DNA of 64,000 nt from Natronomonas sp. (GTDB taxonomy: Archaea > Halobacteriota > Halobacteria > Halobacteriales > Haloarculaceae): the NCBI RefSeq assembly GCF_028274965.1, contig NZ_JAQCNO010000071.1, positions 69,505 to 133,504 on the forward strand. Reading direction: 5' to 3'. A program made the translations under genes and the position numbers. The notes under the pieces are model-generated. The model was not told the DNA's origin. It worked only from the letters and a program-made list of their open reading frames with translations, and made no database searches. Of this stretch, positions 18,095 to 26,942 are shown in pieces (the first letter of the stretch is position 1; every line of letters starts with the position of its first letter).

Positions 18095-19909
18095 ATGTCA
18101 GATCTGGGCGATTTCGCGAACCACGATCCCGACGACGACGAGGACGCGCCGGCGTCGTCCGGGAGCGCCGACTCCCGGGGTGAGACGGCGGGGTCGTCGG
18201 AGGACTTCGAGGCGGTTTCGGTCGCGCCGGCCGGGTCGGACCGGGGGATCGGGACGCTGTCCGCCTCCGAGGGGCTCGTCATCAGCGAGCGCGAGGACGA
18301 CACGCGGCTTCGGGCGTACGTCACCGTCGAGAACCGCTCGTCGGTCCGCATCGGGAGCTACCTCGTCGCGTCGTATCCGGACGGCGAGCGGCTCTTCTGT
18401 CGGATCGTCGCCTTGGAGTACGCCCAGGAGTTCCGCTCGGACGACGCCACGGAGATCCACGCAAAGCGGGCGATGCGCCGCGAGACGGTCGACGAGCAGG
18501 ACTACAAGTTCATCGCAACGCTCGAGCCGGTCGCCGTCCTCTACGACGACGGCGGCGGGCTCAAACGCCGGATGACCGATCGGGTGCCGAAGCCCGAAAC
18601 CGTCGTCAGGCAGGCCGAGGACGACGACGAGATCAAGACCGGGCTGAAGATCCCGGAGTCAGGGGTCTTTCTCGGGCACCTCGCGGTCGGGGGCGAGACG
18701 GTCCGGACGGCGGCGAGTCCGCCGACGATCGACTACCGGCTGAAGGACGACTACGAGGCCGGCGATCCGCTCGTGTTCAGACACACGCTCGTCGCGGGCG
18801 GCACGGGATCGGGCAAGACCCACGCGGCGAAGAACGTCCTCCGGCAGTACCTCGCCGACGGGAGGCGGTACCCGACCGAGGACGGCCGGACGATCGCGCC
18901 CGCGATCGTCCAGTTCGACCCCCAAGACGAGTACGCCCAGATGCACGACGACAACCCGGGGATCGACGCCGACTACGAGCGCCGCCTCGAGCGCGAGGGG
19001 ATCGCCCACGGCGGCGTCGAGGACACGAAGGCGTTCGTCCCGAAGGTCGGCGCGGCGAGTTACGCCGCCGCCCACCACGGCGCGGAGCAGATCGCGTTCA
19101 CGATCCCGTTTTCGATGGTCCACGACAACCCGTGGCTCGTCGCCGGAGGCGGGCTCAACGACAACCAGTACGGCGCGCTCGTCGGGGTGTTGTTGCCGCA
19201 GTTCGAGAAGCAGTACGGCGCGGACGGGACCTACGAGCAGTTCGCGGCGTTCCTCGATGACCCTGCGCTCAGAGAGGAACTCGACGAGTCCGGGCGGGTA
19301 CACGAGGCGACGTTCGACGCGGTCCGGCGGCGGATCAGGGGGTTCGACGGGGTGTTCGATCGGGACGCGCCGCCGATCACCGAGCTCGTTCCGGAGTTCG
19401 TCCGGCCCGGCGGGATCACGACGGTCCCGACGTACCACATCAACGACTCGCGGGCGACGACGACGGTCGTCCTCGCGGTCGCGTCGCTTTTGATCGACGA
19501 GAAGCTGTCGAACGACCCCGAGTTCGACCGGATCAAGCGGACGCCGCTGGTGATCGGGATGGACGAGGCCCACAACTTCCTCACCGACGCCGACAGCGTA
19601 CAGGCGACCCGCGTGATCGGCAAGTTCGCCGAGGCGGCAAAGCAGGGCCGCAAGGAGCGACTCGGGCTCTTTTTGATCACCCAGGACCCCCAGGACATCG
19701 CCGACCCGATCTTCAAACAGATCAACACGACGGTCGTGCTCAACCTCGGCGACGAGGAGGCGATCAAGGCCGTCAACATCCCCTCGAACCTCGAGGGCAA
19801 GGTGCCGTACATGGAGAAGGGCCAGATGGTCGTGTACTCGCCGGACAACTCCGAGCCGGTCGAGTTGATCGGGCTCTCTGAGTGTCTGACCGGACACGGC
19901 CGGAACTGA
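18095..19909 (+). CDS. HerA/DUF87-like P-loop ATPase (FtsK-HerA superfamily)
   Basis: Walker A GGTGSGKTHAAKN and Walker B LVIGMDEAHNFL, with an N-terminal HerA-barrel-like region after an acidic disordered head. ATG at 18095 lies 23 nt after gtttttgt. Confidence 0.75.
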   Translation: MSDLGDFANHDPDDDEDAPASSGSADSRGETAGSSEDFEAVSVAPAGSDRGIGTLSASEGLVISEREDDTRLRAYVTVENRSSVRIGSYLVASYPDGERLFCRIVALEYAQEFRSDDATEIHAKRAMRRETVDEQDYKFIATLEPVAVLYDDGGGLKRRMTDRVPKPETVVRQAEDDDEIKTGLKIPESGVFLGHLAVGGETVRTAASPPTIDYRLKDDYEAGDPLVFRHTLVAGGTGSGKTHAAKNVLRQYLADGRRYPTEDGRTIAPAIVQFDPQDEYAQMHDDNPGIDADYERRLEREGIAHGGVEDTKAFVPKVGAASYAAAHHGAEQIAFTIPFSMVHDNPWLVAGGGLNDNQYGALVGVLLPQFEKQYGADGTYEQFAAFLDDPALREELDESGRVHEATFDAVRRRIRGFDGVFDRDAPPITELVPEFVRPGGITTVPTYHINDSRATTTVVLAVASLLIDEKLSNDPEFDRIKRTPLVIGMDEAHNFLTDADSVQATRVIGKFAEAAKQGRKERLGLFLITQDPQDIADPIFKQINTTVVLNLGDEEAIKAVNIPSNLEGKVPYMEKGQMVVYSPDNSEPVELIGLSECLTGHGRN

Positions 19910-19921
19910 CCGGCGGAGCCC

Positions 19922-21424
19922 TCACTCGAGGTACCCGAGCTCGCGGAGCCGCCGCCTGACCGACGCGTTCATTTCCGAGCGTCCGTCGGGCGGCGATCGG
20001 CGCCCCGCCGCACCCTCGGAGCGTGCGGCGATCGGACTCGCGGCGGTGCGCGCCTCGAACCGCTCGAGCGCGGCCGACAGCTCGCGGGCGATCGACCCCT
20101 CAGTACCGATCGCCGTCCGATCGCCGCCCTCGCCCCGGCGGTAGGCCTCGTCGGGGAACCGCTCGTTGCGGACGTACGTGGCGTCGGGCCGGCGGACGGC
20201 GCCCATTCGCGAGTCGAACCGCGAGTCCGGGTCGATCTCGACCCCGGCAGCCGTCGCCTTCGCGTCGAGTTGTGCCCGCTCGATCTCGGGGCGGTGGTAC
20301 TCGACGAAGCCGCACTCGCCGTCAGGGATCGCCCGACCCGCGGAGAGCAGCGACCGCTCTGGATCGAACGGGCGGCCGCCGACGCGGTCGGCTGCCCCCG
20401 TCGCGGCCGCGCTCTCGAGGACCGTATCGTAGAGATCGAGCAACTCGACCGTCCGGCCGACGCGCCCGGCGCCGAGATCCGGGTGCTTCAAGAACAGCGG
20501 CACGGCGACGAGGGGGTCGTACACCGCGAACTCGTGGCCGTAGAGGCCGAACTCGCCGTGGAGCTCCCCGTGGTCCGCACAGACGATCACGACGGTGTCG
20601 TCCCACCGCCCGGTCCGTCGCAGCCACCCGAACAGCCGCCCGAGTTCGGCGTCCGCGTGGCTGATCTCGGCGTCGTAGAGCCGCCGGATCGCGTCGAACT
20701 CCGCCTCAGAGACGTTCCTCGCGCCCGCGTTGTACTCTTTTGAGTTCTGACAGACCGCGTCCGGGTCGACGCCCGGGGCGAACGCCTCGCGGTACGGGCG
20801 CGGCGGGTAGTACGGGAGGTGCGCGTCCATCAGGTTACAGAAGGCGAACCACGGGGCCTCGGCGTCAGCGATGAACGCCCGGGTCCGATCGATCACCGCG
20901 GGGGTCCTCGAGGCCGTTTCGCTCGCCGCCAGACGCTCGTGAACCGCGTTGCCCAACCCGACGAGGCGGTCGGCGAGCGGCCGGAGTCGACCGTCCGCGA
21001 GGCGTCGCCAGACCGCGGCCGCCGCCGACGGGACCGTCCCCGGAAGCGCCTCGAAGAAGCTGTCGTGGTCGTCGAACCCGGCCGTCAGGCGGGTGTAGGG
21101 CGTGATCCAGGCGTTCGACGAGTAGCACGCGCTCCGGTATCCGGCAACCGAGAGCGCCTCGGCGAGCGTCGTGGCCCCCTCGGGGAGGTGCGGCGACTCC
21201 TGTGTCGCCCCGTGATCGGAGGGGTACCGGCCGGTGAACATCGACGCGTGGCTCGGCAGCGTCCAGGGGGCCTGCGCAACGGCGTTGTCGTAGACGACCG
21301 CCTCCTCGGCGAACGCCTCAAGCGTCGGCGTGGTGGGGCGGTCGTGCCCGTACGGCGTCAGGTGGTCCTTCCGGACGGTGTCGAGAACGACGAACAGGAC
21401 GTTTCGGCCGCCCTGGCGGGGCAT
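19922..21424 (-). CDS. Sulfatase-like hydrolase/transferase (alkaline-phosphatase superfamily), non-canonical active site
   Basis: VLFVVLDTVRKDH is the metal-binding N-terminus. The signature position reads WTLPSHASMFTGR instead of C/S-x-P-x-R..LTGR. Confidence 0.75.
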   Translation of the reverse strand: MPRQGGRNVLFVVLDTVRKDHLTPYGHDRPTTPTLEAFAEEAVVYDNAVAQAPWTLPSHASMFTGRYPSDHGATQESPHLPEGATTLAEALSVAGYRSACYSSNAWITPYTRLTAGFDDHDSFFEALPGTVPSAAAAVWRRLADGRLRPLADRLVGLGNAVHERLAASETASRTPAVIDRTRAFIADAEAPWFAFCNLMDAHLPYYPPRPYREAFAPGVDPDAVCQNSKEYNAGARNVSEAEFDAIRRLYDAEISHADAELGRLFGWLRRTGRWDDTVVIVCADHGELHGEFGLYGHEFAVYDPLVAVPLFLKHPDLGAGRVGRTVELLDLYDTVLESAAATGAADRVGGRPFDPERSLLSAGRAIPDGECGFVEYHRPEIERAQLDAKATAAGVEIDPDSRFDSRMGAVRRPDATYVRNERFPDEAYRRGEGGDRTAIGTEGSIARELSAALERFEARTAASPIAARSEGAAGRRSPPDGRSEMNASVRRRLRELGYLE

Positions 21425-21498
21425 GGTCCGTGTCTTCGCGCCGGGGGACAAGAAACGGACGGATCCGGCCGGCGGCGTCGCCATCGGAGCCCGCCGGC

Positions 21499-22452
21499 TC
21501 AGGCGTCGGTGGCGGCCCCCGACTGGAACGCCTCGACGGTCTCGTACAGCGCCTCGCGGCGGTCTTCGAGGTGGACGAAGTGCGTCCCGCCCTCGATTTC
21601 GGCGTAGACGGCCGCGTCGTCCGGGACCGACAGCGCGTCGTACACCGACAGCGCGTCAGCCCTGGTCGCGGTCGGATCGAGCGACCCCCGCACGACGAGC
21701 GTCGGGACCCGGATTGCCGCGGGGTCGTAGGGGCGTTCTCCCGCGGCGGCCGCCGACAGGTCCGCGAGCGTCCCGTTCGGCGCGACGATGGCGTCTTTCC
21801 CATCGACGCCCTGCCCGGAGGCGGCGAGCGAGTCCCAGAACGCCTCGAAGACGGGGTCTTCCTCGGCGGTCCCGCCCCTGATCGCCGCCGCCGGCTCGGT
21901 CGGGACCTGGTCGTTCCACCGCGAGCGCGCCTCGGCGCGGGTCAACTCGCGCGTCGCCCCCGGGTCGTCGGGAGCGAGCCCCTCCAACAGCGACTCGTCG
22001 GGGTCGAACACCGGCGCGTGAAGCGTGACCGAGGCGACCTCGGGGGCGTCCGGGCGGCCCAGGAGGGCCCCGGAGATCATCGTCCCCCAGGAGGTCCCGA
22101 CGAGGTGGACGGGGCCAGAGGCCCGCTCGCGGACGGTCCCGATCGCGGCCGCAACGTCGGCGGTCGCCTCGGGGAGACGCGAGGGCAGCGGCTCGTCCGG
22201 TCCGACCGTCTCCGGCGGGCGTTCGCTGTCGCCGTACCCGCGGACGTCGACGGCGAAGGCCGCCTTGCCGGCGCCGGCGACCCACCGGAGCCACGAGCGT
22301 TCGGGGGCGCCGATCGGGTCGAACGCGGCGCGGCCGGCGTAGGTGGCACCGTGGACGAAAAGAACCGCGCCGTCGGGGTCGTCCGGGGACCGCTCCCGGA
22401 GGTTGATCGTGACGCCCTCCGTCGGCTCGATGCGGTGCGTTTCGGTGCGCAT
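21499..22452 (-). CDS. Alpha/beta-fold hydrolase
   Basis: Oxyanion-region motif LFVHG and a nucleophile-elbow-like motif GTSWG are present. Confidence 0.7.
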   Translation of the reverse strand: MRTETHRIEPTEGVTINLRERSPDDPDGAVLFVHGATYAGRAAFDPIGAPERSWLRWVAGAGKAAFAVDVRGYGDSERPPETVGPDEPLPSRLPEATADVAAAIGTVRERASGPVHLVGTSWGTMISGALLGRPDAPEVASVTLHAPVFDPDESLLEGLAPDDPGATRELTRAEARSRWNDQVPTEPAAAIRGGTAEEDPVFEAFWDSLAASGQGVDGKDAIVAPNGTLADLSAAAAGERPYDPAAIRVPTLVVRGSLDPTATRADALSVYDALSVPDDAAVYAEIEGGTHFVHLEDRREALYETVEAFQSGAATDA

Positions 22453-22507
22453 ACGCCCGCTTCAGCCGACGGTTCCCTAACGGTTTCGGCGAGCGCCGCC
22501 GGTCGGG

Positions 22508-23347
22508 TCAGCCCTCGAGTGCCAACAGGACATTCGAGGGGCCGACGCGGTACGAGCGCGCGGGCCCCCAGTCGGTCTCGACCGTCTCGTACTCGCGCTC
22601 GCCGGCGGCGATCTCCCGGAGCCCCTCCGAGAGGTCCTCGACGATCGAGAGGTCCTCGCCCGAGATCGGTTCGTTGTGGCTCGTTGCGAGCGTGTCGAAC
22701 GCGCCCCGGTCGCACAACCCGCGGATCCGAGCGAGCGAACCGACGTACGCCTCGAGGTCACAGCCCTCGAACATGACGTAGAGATCGCGGTCGACGTGGA
22801 TCACGTCGCCGCCGTACAGCGTCGCCGTCGCCGGATCGAGGAGGCCGATCTGTCCGGGGGAGTGCCCCGGGAGTTCGACGACCTCGAGGGCGCGGTCGCC
22901 GAGATCGAACGGCTCGTCGGTCGGCATCTCGCTCGCCGCGGCGGGGTCGATCGCGTACTCCGTGGGGTCGAACCCCGCGGGAAGTTCGTAGCCGCGGTCA
23001 CTCCAGCGCTCGATGAGCGCCGCCGGGCGGTCGAGGAACTCCTCGGAGAGGCTGTCGATCCGGACGCGCCCGTCGGCGGGCAGCTCGGCCGAGGCCACGC
23101 GGACGTCCTCGAACTGCGACGCCGCCCCGATGTGGTCCCAGTGGGTGTGCGAGAGCACGAGCGTGACGGGCGTGTCGACGAGCCCCTCGGCGAGCCCGCG
23201 GAGGTCGCCGATTCCGGCCCCGGCGTCGAGGAGGACGGACCGCGATTCGCCCTCGATGAGAAAACAGCCGTAGCCGCCGGCCTCATCGATGCGGTAGCTC
23301 CGGTCGTTCAGCCGCGACACGTCGTACCACTCGTCGGTCGCGTTCAT
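22508..23347 (-). CDS. MBL-fold metallo-hydrolase
   Basis: Metal-binding motif SHTHWDHIG. Start is ATG at 23347 (MNATDEWYDV). Confidence 0.8.
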   Translation of the reverse strand: MNATDEWYDVSRLNDRSYRIDEAGGYGCFLIEGESRSVLLDAGAGIGDLRGLAEGLVDTPVTLVLSHTHWDHIGAASQFEDVRVASAELPADGRVRIDSLSEEFLDRPAALIERWSDRGYELPAGFDPTEYAIDPAAASEMPTDEPFDLGDRALEVVELPGHSPGQIGLLDPATATLYGGDVIHVDRDLYVMFEGCDLEAYVGSLARIRGLCDRGAFDTLATSHNEPISGEDLSIVEDLSEGLREIAAGEREYETVETDWGPARSYRVGPSNVLLALEG

Positions 23348-23440
23348 GCGACCCGGTACTCCGCCGACGCCCAAAAACCGCAGGTCCGACCGCGGGCGGC
23401 GTATCAACACTTATACTCGTCGCTGAACAGTCCTTAGTGT

Positions 23441-25132
23441 ATGCTACACGGCACCGGACCGCTGTTGACGATCGATCTCGCCGGCGCGGCGACGACCGAG
23501 ACGGACATCGAAGCGGCGCAGCGACGGTACATCGGCGGTCGTGGGCTCGGGACCAAACTCGCACACGACCGGATCCCGTTCGACGCGGACCCGCTCGGAC
23601 CCGACAACCGCCTGTTTTTCACCACGGGGCCGATGCAGGCCTCGCAGATGAGTTTCACCGGCCGGATGAACTGTACCGGCGTGTCGCCGCTGACCGACGG
23701 GCTCCTCTCGTCGAACGCCGGGGGGTTCATGTCCCGGAACTTCGCGGACACCGGCTACGGCGCGGTCGAGTTGGCGGGGGCCGCCGAGGAGCTGACGATC
23801 GTTCACGTCCGGGACGACGGCGTCGAGTTCGAGGCCGTTCCGGATCTCGCGGGCGCGACCGTCCCGGAGACGTCGGCGTACCTCGAGGACGAACACGGCA
23901 TCGAGAGCGACCAGACGGCGATAATCGGCCCCGCGGGCGAAAACGAGGTCCGGTTCGCCTCGATCATGACCACCGAGGAGCGGGCGTTCGGCCGCGGCGG
24001 GTTGGGCGCGGTGATGGGCGCGAAGAACCTCAAGGCCATCACGGTCGGCGGGGACTCCGCGCCGGAGATCGAGATCCCGGCGACGCAGGCGGAGATCCAC
24101 CGCGAGGCGGCGACGGACGACCACATCATGAAGCGCCAGGGGACGGTCTCCGTGATGTCGCTTGCGAACGAACTCGAGGGGCTGCCCTCGTACTACTTCT
24201 CGGAGCGCTCCTTCGAGGGCGTCGAGGGGATCAACGGCGAGGCCGTCGAGGAGAAGAAGTACAAGAAGGGGACCTGCTCGGCCTGCGCGTTCGCGTGTAA
24301 GCTCCCGACGAAAGACGAGGCGGCCGGTGTCGAGACCGAGGGCCCCGAGTTCGAGGTCGCGATGGCGTTCGGCTCGAACTCCGGCGTCGACGACATCGTC
24401 GAGGTGATGAAATCGAACGAGCTCTGCGACAAGTACGGGTTGGACGCCATCTCGGCCGGGAACACGGTGGCGGCGTACCTCGCAAGCGAGGACGCCTTCG
24501 GCGACACCGAGTTGATCCACGACCTCGTCGGGAAGATCGCCCGCCGCGAGGGGGTCGGCGACACGCTCGCCGAGGGGATCGACCGCGTCCACGACGAGTT
24601 GGGCGTCGAGAACTGGTCGGTAAAGGGGATGGACTTCGCCGCCCACGAGGGGCGCGTCCTCAACGGGCAGGGGCTCTCGTACGCCGTCTCGAACCGCGGT
24701 GCCGATCACATGTACGCCACGTTTTACTCCGTCGAGTACCCCCTCGTCGACGCCGAGGAGGCCGTCGATCCGGAGGGCACACTGGGGAAGGCCGACGTGC
24801 TCATCGAGCGCGAGAACCTGATGGCGCTGAACGACAGCGGCGTCGTCTGTAAGTTCTCCAGGGACTACATGACCCCGGAGCGGTACGAGGCGCTGTTCGG
24901 GGCCGACTTCGAGGAGCTACTCGAGGTCGGTGCCAGGACCGTCACCCTCGAGAGACACTTCAACAACCGGCGCGGGTTCGACGCCGCCGACGACACGCTG
25001 CCGTACGACCTCCCGGACCTCGAGGCCGGCATCGAGGAGTACTACGACGCCCGCGGGTGGGACGACGGCGTCGTCCCCGACGCGGCGCTGCCGGACGACG
25101 GGACGGCCGGCGCTCGGGCGGGGTCGGACTGA
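23441..25132 (+). CDS. aor: Aldehyde:ferredoxin oxidoreductase family (tungsten/molybdenum pterin enzyme)
   Basis: 563 aa. The N-terminal AFOR_N-like region reads RRYIGGRGLG..GPDNRLFF. A Cys-containing segment, KKGTCSACAFAC, is also present. Confidence 0.75.
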   Translation: MLHGTGPLLTIDLAGAATTETDIEAAQRRYIGGRGLGTKLAHDRIPFDADPLGPDNRLFFTTGPMQASQMSFTGRMNCTGVSPLTDGLLSSNAGGFMSRNFADTGYGAVELAGAAEELTIVHVRDDGVEFEAVPDLAGATVPETSAYLEDEHGIESDQTAIIGPAGENEVRFASIMTTEERAFGRGGLGAVMGAKNLKAITVGGDSAPEIEIPATQAEIHREAATDDHIMKRQGTVSVMSLANELEGLPSYYFSERSFEGVEGINGEAVEEKKYKKGTCSACAFACKLPTKDEAAGVETEGPEFEVAMAFGSNSGVDDIVEVMKSNELCDKYGLDAISAGNTVAAYLASEDAFGDTELIHDLVGKIARREGVGDTLAEGIDRVHDELGVENWSVKGMDFAAHEGRVLNGQGLSYAVSNRGADHMYATFYSVEYPLVDAEEAVDPEGTLGKADVLIERENLMALNDSGVVCKFSRDYMTPERYEALFGADFEELLEVGARTVTLERHFNNRRGFDAADDTLPYDLPDLEAGIEEYYDARGWDDGVVPDAALPDDGTAGARAGSD

Positions 25133-25612
25133 TCAGGCGTCGGTGTCCTCGGGGTCGGTGTCTACACCGCGTCGGCGGACGATGTTGTACGAGTGGACGG
25201 TCAACACGTGGTCGGTTTCGGTGTAGGTCCGTCGCTGGAACTCGACGTAGCCGCGGTCCTCGCGGCTCTCGGATGGCGTCGTTTCGACGACCTCGACTTC
25301 GATGCGCAGCGTGTCCCCCGGGCGGACCGGTTCGTGCCACTGGAGGTCGTCCATCCCGAGTCCCCCCATGTTCCGTAGCTCCGGCCCGGCGTTGACAAAG
25401 CCCGTGACGAACAGCCGAACCGACAGAGAGAGCGTGTGGAGCCCGCTCGCGACGAGGCCGCCGAACATCGAGTCCGCCGCGGCCTCCGGGTCGGTGTGGA
25501 ACGGCTGGGGGTCGAACTGCTCGGCGAAGGAGACGATCTCGTCGGCGTCGATCGTGTACGCGCCGGCCTCGTACTGATCGCCCACGTCGAGATCCTCGAA
25601 GTACAGCGACAT
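25133..25612 (-). CDS. MaoC-like (R)-hydratase/dehydratase (hot-dog fold)
   Basis: Start is ATG at 25612 (MSLYFEDLDVGD). FAEQFDPQPFHTD and GGLVASGLHT are hydratase-2 motifs. Confidence 0.8.
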   Translation of the reverse strand: MSLYFEDLDVGDQYEAGAYTIDADEIVSFAEQFDPQPFHTDPEAAADSMFGGLVASGLHTLSLSVRLFVTGFVNAGPELRNMGGLGMDDLQWHEPVRPGDTLRIEVEVVETTPSESREDRGYVEFQRRTYTETDHVLTVHSYNIVRRRGVDTDPEDTDA

Positions 25613-25739
25613 ACGACCCTCGTAGGACCGTCCTCGGCTTGTGTCTTTGGCCGCGGCGGGCGGAGCCGTTTCGCTCCGGGGCGCGGGCGGCGAAAAGAGA
25701 AAAACGGGACCCGAAGGTCGTCGCGTCGGCCGCGGGCGG

Positions 25740-26930
25740 TTAGCCGCCGACGCTGCGGATCTTCTTTCCGAACAGCGAGACGTACTTCGAGACCGTCTCG
25801 CCGAGCAGCGCGGTGACGCCCGAGGGGCCGTCCTCGGAGAACCGCACGCCGGCGACGGCCAGCCAGGCACGGAGGCGGTTGATGCCGCCCGCGACCCCGT
25901 TATCGAGGAAGAGGACGACGATCAACAGCAGGATGCCGAAGCTGAGCTGCCAGTACGACTCCAACAGCGGGAACTGCCGGATGGCCCACCGGAGGTACTC
26001 GTAGGCGAAGGCGCCGAACGCCGGCCCCAAGAAGGAGTAGGGGCCGCCGATGACCGTCATCAGGACCGGCACCGCCGAGAACGACCAGTGGGCGTGGGAC
26101 TCGGGGGTGACCGAGCCGCCGAGCGAGATCAACAGCGCGCCGGCCAGCCCGGAGAACGCCCCCGAGATAATGAACGTCACCCACTGGTGGTGGGTCACGT
26201 CGACGCCGAGCGCCCGGGCCCGTTCGGGGTTCTCGCGGATCGCCTTACACACCATGCCGAACGGCGATCGGACGATGCGCCAGAGGGCGTACATCCCGAG
26301 CGAGACGACGAACAGCGCCAGGAAGTAGTAGTGGAACGGGTTGACCAGGCTCACCAAGGGGAACTCGAAGCCGAACACGTCCATCTGGCCCATGAGGAAC
26401 GTCAGGCCGTCGGACTCGTTGCTGAAGTTTCCGTCGCCGATGCCCGCGGCGCCGAGCAGTCCGCCGATGGTGTCCTGGAGGAACACCACGTAGATCGCCA
26501 TGCTGAACGCCAGCGTGATGAGCGCGAAGTAGATCTCCGTGAGCCGCACCGAGAGGTAGCCGATGACGACCGCCACGATCGTCGCGACGACGACGCCGAT
26601 GACGAGCGCCAACAGCCACGTCACAAACGGTGCCACCCCGCCGAAGATGCTCGCAAAGCCGAGTGCGGGCGCGACGACGCCGATCGTCTTCGCGACGCTG
26701 TAGCCGGCGACGGCGACGAACATCGCGTGTCCGAACGAGAGCAGCCCGGTGTAGCCGTACAGCAGGTTGAACGCGGTCGCGAACAGCACGAAGATGACCG
26801 TCCGCGTCAGCAGCGACGTCTGGAACCCGCCGAGGAAGAACGGCGCGGCGAGCAACAGCGCCGCCACTACGATGACGGCCACCGAGGTCGTTCCCGTTTG
26901 TGCGAACCGTTCTCTGAATGCGTAGCTCAT
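25740..26930 (-). CDS. livM: Branched-chain amino acid ABC transporter permease (LivM-type)
   Basis: 396-aa polytopic protein with LSFGHAMFVAVAGY, typical of the LivM family. It is adjacent to the substrate-binding protein gene. Confidence 0.8.
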   Translation of the reverse strand: MSYAFRERFAQTGTTSVAVIVVAALLLAAPFFLGGFQTSLLTRTVIFVLFATAFNLLYGYTGLLSFGHAMFVAVAGYSVAKTIGVVAPALGFASIFGGVAPFVTWLLALVIGVVVATIVAVVIGYLSVRLTEIYFALITLAFSMAIYVVFLQDTIGGLLGAAGIGDGNFSNESDGLTFLMGQMDVFGFEFPLVSLVNPFHYYFLALFVVSLGMYALWRIVRSPFGMVCKAIRENPERARALGVDVTHHQWVTFIISGAFSGLAGALLISLGGSVTPESHAHWSFSAVPVLMTVIGGPYSFLGPAFGAFAYEYLRWAIRQFPLLESYWQLSFGILLLIVVLFLDNGVAGGINRLRAWLAVAGVRFSEDGPSGVTALLGETVSKYVSLFGKKIRSVGG

Positions 26931-26942
26931 TGTGCCCTCCTG

